64,000 nt of DNA from Massalongia carnosa (Eukaryota), in NCBI GenBank assembly GCA_965645245.1, contig OZ287078.1, positions 1,426,001 through 1,490,000 of the forward strand. Reading direction: 5' to 3'. Within the stretch, counting starts at the first letter, position 1. Every line of letters begins with the position of its first letter. Below, piece after piece: positions 36,917 through 46,979 of this stretch. The notes beneath the pieces are model-generated. The model saw only the letters and a program-made list of their open reading frames with translations, had not been told where the DNA came from and ran no database searches. The translations under genes and the position numbers were made by a program.

Positions 36917-37189
36917 AACGGGGAATTACTCTAGTGTTCTGTTGAATTGCACTGCCCTCGTTCTGGAAGTTTCTATGCTTAGTCAGCTGAATGTATATTA
37001 GCCGCTCTTCTCCCTCTATAGAACAATCAACCGTCTCAAGGTTCTATTCCGGAGAGGAAGCCTAAGAAACGGGCTACCACATCCAAGGAAGGCAGCAGCA
37101 GGCGCGCAAATTACTCAATAACCGACATGGGGAGGTAGTGACAATAAATATTGATGCAGAGAGCTCTTTTGGGTTTTGCAATTGAAATG

Positions 37190-37352
37190 CCTTGGCACCA
37201 GAAAATACAGGCTTGCATGCGACTGTCAGTCCGACGTTTGGCTTCAAACGCAGGGCAAGGCTACCTGGCTCGGGGAACAGCGGAAGACGCCGGAAAGGAA
37301 AGGAAGGCTCTTCGGACGATCTCGTAGTGAACATGTTTTCATGTCATTGTAC
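37190..37352 (+). ncRNA. Remnant of a group IE intron, probably from S516
   Basis: TGGCACCAGA is a guide complementary to the S516 exon junction TCTGGT|GCCA. Core GGGCAAGGCTACCTGGCTCGGGGAAC. The flanking 18S exon sequence is deleted. Confidence 0.65.
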
Positions 37353-37552
37353 CACAGTAGTTGACACCGCGTGCACTGGTCCGGCCAGGCCTTTTCTTCT
37401 GCATGCCCTTTATTGGGTATGTCGGGGAGCCAGGACTTTTACTTTGAAAAAATTAAAGTGTTCAAAGCAGGGCCCATGCTCGAATACATTAGCATTTGCC
37501 AAGGATGTTTTTATTAATCAGTGAACGAAAGTTGGGGGGAATTGAAGACGAT

Positions 37553-37690
37553 CCTTCGGGGTGGTTTGGTCGTCCACAGTGTAACTAAAACTAGTCTGAA
37601 CCGATGTCCAACGAGTTTAGGCGGCACCATCTAATTGTTTAGAGTCATTGGCGTCTTGTCGAGGCGTGATCCACAGCCAAATCTGTAGCC
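37553..37690 (+). ncRNA. 5' part of a group IC1 intron at SSU position S788
   Basis: Starts right after GAAGACGAT. Guide GTCGTC pairs with GACGAU. IC1-like words GGCACCATCTAATTG and ATCCACAGCCAA. Truncated. Confidence 0.7.
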
Positions 37691-38140
37691 GGAAGTTGGG
37701 AGGCTTTAGGCGGGGCTGATTGGTCTGAGTGTGAGCTTCTTCGGGAGCACACTCGGGCCGATGGGATCGCCCGGGGATGGCTTCCTCGCGGGGGGGCTCA
37801 TCCAACCCAGTTACGGATTTTCCCTTTCCGATTGTTAACAAGTATTTAGGTGCCCGCGCCCCACTAGTCCCAGGGGCGTGGGTAACGGCACGGTCGCCTT
37901 TAGGCGGCCGGCCCCTGAGGAACCCCTTCCCGAGAGGGAAGGGGTTCAATCGGGGGGGTCTGGGCGCTCATATACGCCGTCTAGTGACGAACGCCGGGTA
38001 GCGGCGAGAAAATGGAGCGATTTTCGTTTCGAGAAATTTTGTTTCCGAGGTCTCCAGCTGCCGGTGGGTAACCCGCTGCGGATGCCCCAGTCCGACTGCC
38101 GGGTAGCATCTGCTGGGTAACTCGACTGCTGGGTAATCTT
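37690..38140 (+). other. rDNA intergenic-spacer-like GC-rich sequence with short subrepeats
   Basis: GC-rich, with CTGC(C/T)GGGTA repeated 3 times at ~38096-38136. Composition resembles the ETS block, not the flanks. Confidence 0.45.
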
Positions 38141-38892
38141 AACCTAACTCATTGAAATTTTCGTGTCATGTTCGATCGATTCTGTTACAGCGATAGCTGG
38201 GCAGCGGGCGCATTACAGAGTGCTTAAGAGGTACGGTGACGTACCGGGCGCGGGGCACCTATAAGTGGTATAATAGGCGGTGGTCTTCCATAGGAGAATC
38301 ACCATAGTAGTCTTTTGACTCGGTGGTCTAAATGACTTATTATCACCCCTTTTACATTTTCAAAGTCATTATCGAAGCCATTACATGGACCAATTCGTCT
38401 TCAAGAGTCAACGCAGCGTTCAATCCGGAATGCAAGGTCGCCCTCAGAACACAAGGAAGGTTCATCGCGTTCATAGAAGGATTTAAAGATACGTTAAAGC
38501 GGCCGAAAACATACAACAAGTCTGAATTCTGATCAAATGAATCAAGATCAAAGACGCTCCCTTTCAATCGCACATTTCCTCAATTCAAGCATCGGACGAG
38601 CTCAATCGTTTACTTTGTCTATCTAATATTTAAAAGAGATGTTCACGTTAAGATGAGTGCAGGAATGATGAATCACATAAGTAAGCAATCAAAATTTTGG
38701 CTAAAGTATGCCTCAGTAATCGTATTACAGTCTATTGCGCTGATGTCTCCATCTCCGGCCGAATAGGAGCATCTTTTGGCTGACAGACTGGGCCGACAGT
38801 CTTGCAGAGGAGGTGATAAACGTGCTGGTGGGTTCGCGATTCGAGATCGATTACAATCTTGCATCGACTAGCGGCAAATCCACCGCCTTCCT

Positions 38893-39140
38893 TGTGACGG
38901 TTCAACCAGGACGTTTGAGTTTATCTACTTGGTTTCTATGCACTAAGAATATCAAGATGCAGAAACGAAAACAAGTACAAGGTGCAGTTGTGGGTGAAGA
39001 TATACTTCAAGTTCTGCCATTTGTGTTCCATTCAGCCTCCGGTCCATGCTCCGCAGAGCCGCAAGTATGCTCCGAGGTGGTCCATGCTCGAGGGTCAGGA
39101 TAGTCAGGTGGTTAGAAGAGCAGGTGGGTAGAAAGGTAGG
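38893..39140. mobile_element. Truncated LTR, diverged copy of 33523-33843 in the same orientation
   Basis: Shares TGTGACGGTTCAACCAGGA, CACTAAGAATATCAA, AAGGTGCAGTTGTGGGTGAAGATATAC, TGTGTTCCATTCAGCCTCCGGTCCATGCTC and CAGGTGGGTAGAAAGGTAGG. Lacks the last ~30 bp. Confidence 0.8.
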
Positions 39141-39609
39141 TATAATTGCGTCAAGCAGCTCCGAATCCTTCAACACTAATGCTGGAGCATGCATGCAATT
39201 GCACTCCATCATACGATAGGCTTCAATCATAGTTCATAGAAGCGTACCTTTATCAACCCTTGTCTTCAAGAAAAGCATTGTACTTCAACACAAGCTTAAC
39301 CGTAGGAGCTGATATAGACACTTTTGCGACAGGGCTTTTTGGGAGGCTATGTTTATGATCATGAGTAGCATAAGAAAACACATCTTTGATCAATTAGCTA
39401 CCTCAAGGGTCGAAGGGTGGTATGTACCCAGCATGATCTCGGCAAAGTCTTGAAATTTCGAATTTTTCCGTCAAACAAATAAATCATAAACGCAATCGCT
39501 CTAAATTTTATTATAAAATAATGCAAAAACCGTAACCGCAAGAATCGAAGTTTTTGTCATTATCATTATTACTCGTCCCACCCATCTTCTCTTCACCACC
39601 TTCCGGTCT

Positions 39610-39972
39610 TCAGCCAAGCGGACTATTTAATACGCGCGCTGTCCGCCACCTCTCGACCCCCCCGGTCCATCTCCCAAGGGCAATCAGCAACGGAGGGTCC
39701 CTCGGTTTGCCACTCGCCACCCATCTTTGCCGCAGCTCGTCCTGGACGGACTGCCACGCGTGGGCATAGCTTGCTCCGGCTATCGAGACGACGGGGAAAT
39801 CTCCGATCAGCTCGTAGAAATGGTAGATGGTTGGCAGCATGGCGTCGAGAATGTGGTCCTTACCGACGAACACTTTGGGCCAATCGTTTCGCGAGTCCGA
39901 GGGGTCGGTCGTGTCGAATTCGAATCGGGGGTAGATTTTCGGAACGGGGGCGCTGCTCTGTTGCGTGGCCAT
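39610..39972 (-). CDS. 120-aa hypothetical protein; stand-alone version of the C-terminal domain of the paralogs at 51026 and 56361
   Basis: AMLPTIYHFYELIG..P..SYAHAWQSVQDELRQRW..PPLL..RWTGG aligns by eye with ATIPARRNYLHITG..NYAMQWNYLQASLMRWW..APVL..EWYGG and ALVNTWMEFSNLSG..SYAVQYDLLEQEFSRIW..PPRL..PWKDG. Confidence 0.7.
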   Translation of the reverse strand: MATQQSSAPVPKIYPRFEFDTTDPSDSRNDWPKVFVGKDHILDAMLPTIYHFYELIGDFPVVSIAGASYAHAWQSVQDELRQRWVASGKPRDPPLLIALGRWTGGVERWRTARVLNSPLG

Positions 39973-41269
39973 TATTCGTCGTTTTTCGAGCGGGATTCTG
40001 TTCTTTCTGAGCGAGTTTGCTTTGACTGTTGCGGAGTCAAGAGAACAGTGTTAGCTGCCTTGTGGTTTGCTCCGATCTGAAGGAGGGGTGGTAATAAAGA
40101 CGTAAGATTAGAGAATAGGCGATATTCTTGATTTCCGAGTTGCTTTGCCTTGACCTTGAATTTTCCGATGACTGAAGTATCGGCCGAAGTTCAGTTATTT
40201 TCAAATTCCAGAGTTAGTAAGAGCCTTCAAGAATTCAAGTATTAGAACCTTGCCGTTGCGTTTACGACGCAATCCAGACAGCGAACGGTATTTATAGAAA
40301 ATTCCCCTTGCGTTCAACATGCAAAGAGATTCACAGTCCTCGCCTCCAGGCCCCTTTTCCAACTGTCAAGATACTATTTACCCAAACACATCTCCACCCA
40401 ACCTAGATCACAGGCTCATCGTCCAGTTTGCATAAAGATATCACCCTGCTCGATTTCGAGGTTTAACCATGTATCAACATCTTCCGCCAGCAAAGTGCAA
40501 GAAAAATAGAAATGAATGACTATCTTGCAGGGCGATCGGAAAGAGTGAAGACTTAGTTAGGAACGTAATCGAATCGGTGCACACAAATTTCTGTAATGAA
40601 TGAATGAATAGCTATCGAAATGCTAGCTTCGCGGTGGAGGGGATGTTGCTATCTGCGCCATGGTCTAGAGATTCAATCTACGATTCCACTCAGGCACGAG
40701 AGGGAAGAATCATTTCTTCATTCATCCACTTTCCTTTACATTCACTTACTTATCGGCAAATTACCTGGCTTACAACCTCGCCACCCCTTTTGGAAGACTC
40801 AATGTTTGGTTATTTTCGTGGCAATTCATTGGATTTACCTTTCCTTTCTTCTCTTTGTCAAGCCTTAGAGATCCATCTTACCATCGTCCTACTTTATTCC
40901 TTCCTTCTGATCAAAATATATAGCTCGGCGTTTTGTTCTTCTCGTTTCTTTATCTTGTCCCTTCACTTAAACGAGAAAACCTATATCTCCATACTTCCAT
41001 GATTCCTCTCCCTTATCTTCCCTGACCTCTGTATCTTTTCCTCCGTTTCCTTTCCCTCCGTCTATTTGATAGTTGTTCGGAAGAGAAGAGAGAGCGAGAT
41101 TGAGAAGATAAGAGAAGATCATGAGCTAGGAACTGGCGAAGAGTTAAGGAATGAAGGGAAAATCTGGAAAACGGAAGACGAGGCATGAATTGAAGAGGAA
41201 TAAAGCGATAGGAGGTTTGGTTCGAATGCTGAAGGCTGACGAAGAGACACAAAAGCAATCACTCATCAC

Positions 41270-41339
41270 GCAAACCTCCTCACACAAACCTCCTCACACA
41301 AACCTCCTCACACAAACCTCCTCACACAAACCTCCTCAC
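41270..41339 (+). repeat. Minisatellite, 14-bp unit (acaaacctcctcac) x5
   Basis: Direct tandem repeat visible in the sequence. Confidence 0.9.
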
Positions 41340-41897
41340 CCTATTTTCTTCTCATCATAAATCAATTATTACAATGAACGCTTTACAATTTCTGCCTGCA
41401 TGTCTCCTCCCTCTTTGCTGGGTTTGTTCTACATACATTCTTTGCTCTTCACAAGTTTCCCAATTTGTTACACTACTTACGCTCCTCCTATCCCAAACTT
41501 CAACTTCAACATCGATATGGAACATACAAAACACCGAAAAACCTCGTCTATCCGCTCTTCCGTCTGCCTGTCCGTCGGCGTAGGCGCGCTAAACCTCCAA
41601 TAAGGGAGGACACAAAACGACTCTTGGCTGTGCCTATTTGCGAGAACAAACGAGGGTGATAAAAGAGGCGGGAGGGGATGGTCGGTTGGTGAGTATGTGA
41701 GATTCAAAAGCCGGGAAGGTGAAGTGATGGTAGGAGATGATGGCGATATCCAACATCTAGCACTAAACTGTCGCTCGCCAAAACTGCATAACACTAGCGC
41801 TCAGTCATAAACTTGTCGAGTCCAAGTCAACTTATCGGCCATACTATCACCACAATTCACGAACAAATTATCGTCCGCTGATAACCACATCGAAAAA

Positions 41898-43673
41898 CTA
41901 CCCACTCATTGTGGCATCCTCATCAAGTTGCTGCTCGGATGCCGTCCCAAGGGCATCAAGGAAATACTGGCCGTCTTGATGGAGCCAAGGATACGGCGCG
42001 CCGATGATCGCTGTATCCTCTGGATAGGGCGGTGTAGGGTATCGAGGAGAGATGATAGCGTTGTCATGCATGTGGCTGGGGAAGAGGAAATTGGTAGGTT
42101 CATGGTGAGAACAAGCCCGTGCGTTCCCACCACGTGAGTGAATGTGCGCGGTGTAGTGGTGGACACGTTGCACGAAACCCTCTACGTTTTCATAACTCTC
42201 AACATCCTCTTGGATGGTAGAAGCTTCCTCATCTTCATCGTAGGTATTATAGCCGTCAACGGCGTTCGTATAAGCGCAAGCTCTCATGCTTTCTTGACAG
42301 AGACGAGGGTTCTGGGCCTCATAGCGGGTGGAAATTACGGACAAGCAGCGCCCGGCATCATAGGTATCGCTTTCCCCATCAGCGTCTCTTTCCGAGCGAT
42401 GGCCGTCCATGTTGGCTTCGAAGCTAGAGCCTTCAGCGTGCTCGTCCGCGACCTGTCTCTCCTTGGCGATCCTAGCTTTACTTTTCGCCTTCAGAGCCTG
42501 CGCCCGGCGTTTGAAGCCCTCGATATAACTGTTTGTTTTCTCAGGGTCACAAAGTCGAGATCTTTCCGAGAATTTGCCCAGGTTTTTCAGCTTCAGCTCG
42601 GCCGTTTCATAGGGTTCGAGATCACGCCATCCCCTGGTGGTGTTGGCCCGCTTCAGGTGGTCGGGGAGATGGGCTTCGAGAAAGTCGTACATGACGTCGC
42701 TGCCAACACGTTCTTTCCACGCGAGGCAACCGGCCTGTTGCCGGAACCGGCTCATGCGCGCCGACAGCGTGTTTGGCTTGAACAGCGGCTTTTTCCGCGT
42801 ATACCTTTTGCCGCACTTGACGGTAGTTTTGAGGAAGTAGGGAGGCATGCGACCAAGAAAGTCGTTGCGCTGGATGCGGCTATCGATGCGCTCAATGGCT
42901 TCCATTGCGTACCCGGGGAAGTTGGACGAAAGCACGTCGGGGATATCCCGAAAGTGCACCATTGGACGTTGCTTCCAATCAAGCACGAGCTTTCCGCCAT
43001 GATACCAGAGCTGCGGTTTATAGGGAGGGTGACGGTCTTCGGTGCTTTTGTACACAAATGTGATGGAGGGATAATTTGGACGTGTGGGACCCCACGACCT
43101 TTGGGACGGTAGGAAGCTCGTAATATCATTGGGCGCTTCGCCGCGGGGCTGTGGGATATCTTCATAGTGTGAGATGCTAGGTTATTGTGGAAAAGGGGAA
43201 AGATCCTACCATAGCTACCAAGCTGGGATGCGGCGGCAAGGAGTTCATCGCGGATTTGGTAGTGGAAGACTGCTGGGACTGAGTGACGTTAGGTTTTCAT
43301 TTGACAATCACCGAATAGAATGTTTTGCTTACTCCCATCCTGAAATCCCTCAGCGAAGAACATCAGCTCGTACTTATCATTCTCCGAAATGGGCGAGTCT
43401 ATGTTTGGCACGGTGGCAGGTTCTTCTTCAGTCTTGCTTCCTCCATCACCGTTGGATTCATGTTCTTCGTCGGTGGTATCTTCAACCTCGGTATCGCTAG
43501 ATCCTGATGCTTTTACAGATTTAGGACGTGCTAGGAGGATGGGCCGTTGACACATCTGAAAGGGGCGTACCTTGGGCCTTTCTAATTTCAGCTTTAGTCT
43601 TTTCGACAACTTGAATTGAGCGCCGTATGGAGCGTCGTGTGAAGCATCTTGTGGCGGAACGAGTGTTAACCAT
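41898..43673 (-). CDS. Uncharacterised family protein, paralog 1 (core domain only)
   Basis: Exons MVNTRSATR.. / acidic tract / PAVFHYQIRDELL..GSY / DITSF..WG..LWYHGGKLVLD..FRDIPDVLSS..DSRI..DFLGRMP..NTLSARMSRFR..W..R.G..NLGKF.ERS. Three introns. Confidence 0.8.
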
Positions 43674-45536
43674 CGTGCATGAAGATACGATACCTGTTAT
43701 CTAAGCTAGGGTGCACAATCAGGTCTTGTGGGTGATAGAAAGGGAGATCAATGCTTTGTTAGTCTTGATTGAACAGCAGTAGTAATACAGAGATTTACAC
43801 AGCTCCCTGAGGACGGAAGAAAGCCTTAGCAATTTGCGAAGATGAATTCTGTTTCTGCTAGGTGGAGGCAAAGACCGGACCAACATTGAAGAAAGGAATC
43901 AACAAATAAACAAAGCACGGCGATCTCCAATACGGATTGCCACGAGTGATATACTCCAGCGTTTAAATCGCGTGTTTTTTTTTTGAAGTGTTTCAATCTC
44001 TCTAATAGTGCAGGGGGTATTCCTTTTCGCGATAGTCGATGAAATGATCTACGCGTCCTCTCTCTGGAAGCCCCATCACGCACTCCTTGCAGCGAGACCG
44101 CCCTACCGGGACCTGAAACCTCGAGCTTGTGAAAAGTTATGCATCGCGAGATACGAGAACTGGATTATTGCTTCGTCGCCGTGCAACACGCTACAGGTGC
44201 TGTGCGTATGGAGCACCTCCTGGAGTTCGTCGTTAAGCGATTAGGTCATGTGATTAGGGCTTGTAACATCCGCGCCTGATTAGCCGACATGGCTTGGACC
44301 GATTGCGATTGATATTTGTCGGGATATCAAAACCTACCTGGCGCCCCTCCAGTTTCGCTCTACCTGTTTGATGTCTCCAGGATTCATCCTTTGATGGGTT
44401 GGGAGGCAGAGAATGATCTATCGTTCTTACAGAGAAATTGGGTATTTGAAAAACAACGCTGGTGGACGACCCGTTCCAAGAATCGCTTGATGAAAATAAG
44501 GTTCGAAGGGATAGTCAACCTCCGACTGAAACCCCCCACATGGAGTCCACCACTTGTAAATATTCAAAGCCGTCTTCTATCCGAAGTATAATTCATACAT
44601 AGAATAAGACTCAGAACATGAAGAATGCTCATGCAAGAATGGCAATTTTAGTCAATGTATCTTCGGTCTATACGATTCATTTCTGCGTCCAAATAGCTAG
44701 TAGCAGATTTCTCCAGATCCGTGTGCCAGAGTGATGAAGTAGATACTGATTTGATATGGCTTAATCTGAAGCCCAGGCTTCCTGGAACGTACTCATAGCC
44801 GTAGTCCTGTTGCAACATGCTTACCATCCGCCATACTTGATGAATGCAAGGCTTCAAGGTCTCGTTGACAAGCCTTTCTGGTTGTAATCTTGTCTGAAGG
44901 TGTCAACTTATGTTCCAGGATGATAATGGCATCCTAAAATACAAACCCCGTCTCCCTCATAATCAACCAATCATGGTTTATTCGTGTATGATCATGTGTC
45001 GTTGCCAGTGCATAGTGATTTATGCTGACGCGAGCGTCCTCCTGTTTTGTCCGCTCAAGGGTTGGCATAACGATTGATCCTAACACGAGCATCCTTCTAC
45101 TTAGTCCGCTTTAGAGCGGATGCAATCTTGCGTTTGTCGAGAGTAAACTTCTTGCAAACAGAAACAACCAGAAAGCTTAGATCCTCATCTGATAGTCTCT
45201 TCGTCATCATTTCAAGACTTCGATCTAGAAATACTTAACGTCTGTATCCATTAGCCAAACCCCTGAACCCAGAATTCAGACTAGATATCAGTGGACTCAG
45301 AGTGTAGGGGAAAAAACGGTCTTGATAAAAACTGTTGTGAGAAAGGTTCTAACCGCATCAACTGTCGACATCACACAAAGTGAAAGAACATTCCCTCCGG
45401 CGGCGGTGGAGAACACCTAGTACATCTTATTACTCGCTCCGAGACGTGAACATTCAGGGCATCAGAATATTCCATTCCGAGACGCGGAAAATTTAGTACC
45501 CGAGGTTCAATCTCGTCTAACTCCCGTGCACCCACA

Positions 45537-46316
45537 ATGTCTCAAACTTCTATTTCTTCACAAGACTTCGAGTATCCTGACCCAGAGCTACTTCACGGAG
45601 GCAACTCGGCCTATCCACTATTAGACCATAGACTCTACCAACTCTCTTCATCATATCATCAAAGCATCCACGACAACCTTTTATCATCCTATCAGCACCA
45701 AACAGAACTCTCTTTCCCTACGGATGAGACGGAGATGGATCCCGAAGATGATCACCGCATGGATGATGCTGTCGAGAGCCCGGAGAGAGGCATTCAGAGA
45801 GCACCAAACACCGGCCAAGCCAACACACGGCTTGTTGGGAACGCGAATGCGCTCACTACACAAGCAGAAAACCCGTCCTGTGGACGGCAACTCGTTGCCG
45901 AGCTGAAACTGCTTCCACGCCTTCGCGAGGTAGAAATCAAGCCGGGGAAAGGGTTTTCGCTGATTCGGATCAGCAACCAGGTCGCAGCACTGGGGTACAC
46001 GCGTGGGCAGTTAGCCCATCGCCCGTGTACCTACTGCGAAGTCCGGAACGGTCCGTTTCCGCAATGCGTGATCGTTCCGGGGGAGCTGAAGGGAACCTGC
46101 ACCAATTGCTACTATGGCAATAATAGCTCGGCATGCTCGTTCCGAAGTATGTTTTAATCTCTGATGGATGAGGAATCACTGCTGACTTATTTCACAGCGG
46201 ACTTGCCCCAGAACTCCTCGCGTCGTGCGGCGATCCGCCATCCGAGTTTTGTCCATAGCCAGCACCGGCGAGGACCTCGTGGTGGTGGGGTTGGCTCCGC
46301 TCAAACGCATTCCTAA
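45537..46316 (+). CDS. DUF3716-like Cys-cluster protein
   Basis: PCTYCEVRNGPFPQCVIVPGELKGTCTNCYYGNNSSACSFR motif. A GTATGT..GCTGAC..CAG intron (~46148-46197) extends the ORF to a stop at 46316. Confidence 0.75.
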
Positions 46317-46979
46317 ATGCGGGCTTTTGAGGGAGAGGGGGAGGGGGTTACCGGCGGTGGAGGATAATGCCTGCTATGTTACAGATGAACTAGATAATTT
46401 GGATGAGCGGGAAGGATGGGAAGAGCTGGGGAAGAAGAGAGAGATGTTGGTCGACGGCTTGATTAACTTTTCTTTTCACGTGGGTTGGAGGTTTATCAGA
46501 AGGATGTTTCACTCAAGAAGGGTTGCTTACGTAAAGAGAGCGAGGCTGCTTCCCGCCACACCGCCACTGGCGTCAACGTTTAATCGGACTTCACCTTCAC
46601 TTTCACCTGCGTCGTCAACTACATCCTCCTCCGTTCTTGTACTTTACACTTTGTATTTCGTTAGTAGATAGCATGCCTTTTACTTCGAGTACGGTTCCTC
46701 TTCATTGAGCTGGACTCATGTGTTCGGACCAAAGAGCCCAAGCTGCTTCCCGCTTCATCCCGTCATTACAACAAATGTCCGAGATAACGGCCAAGATAGT
46801 GAGAGTAGATGTGTACTACACTTTCATTCCATCGTCGGAGAAAATACCGCGTGATCTGAGCTGAAACTTTAGATGTCGATTCATCAGAGGTTTCCCTGCA
46901 TGAACGGCCTTTTAACATATAAAATATATCTTCTTGCCTTCCTTCAATGTTCCACTCTCCGCTCCACGATCCCTTCATC

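Larger units (their letters stand above)
36342..37552 (+). pseudogene. Partial 18S rRNA pseudogene (5' half, with deletions, insertions and introns)
   Basis: TACCTGGTTGATTCTGCCAGTAGTCATAT start; GGCTCATTAAATCAGTTAT; CTGCCCTATCAACTTTCGAT; CCACATCCAAGGAAGGCAGCA; TTTGCCAAGGATGTTT; ends GAAGACGAT. No 3' half, ITS or 5.8S follows. Confidence 0.93.

Noticed and set aside
36342..37552. Functional rRNA gene or edge of the rDNA array
   Set aside because: Conserved helices are deleted, the 3' half, ITS and 5.8S are absent, and there are many transitions and indels.
35260..38120. Short GC-rich ORFs across the ETS/18S/IGS block, including a possible homing endonuclease
   Set aside because: They arise from GC-rich structural RNA sequence. 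No His-Cys box or LAGLIDADG motif, and the introns are too short.
33523..39140. A single full-length LTR retrotransposon
   Set aside because: No gag/pol remnants between the LTRs, and the left LTR has its own target duplication.
42138..43112. 324-aa plus-strand ORF (and 56792..57451 minus-strand ORF)
   Set aside because: Antisense shadows of the paralog coding regions, with no independent motifs.
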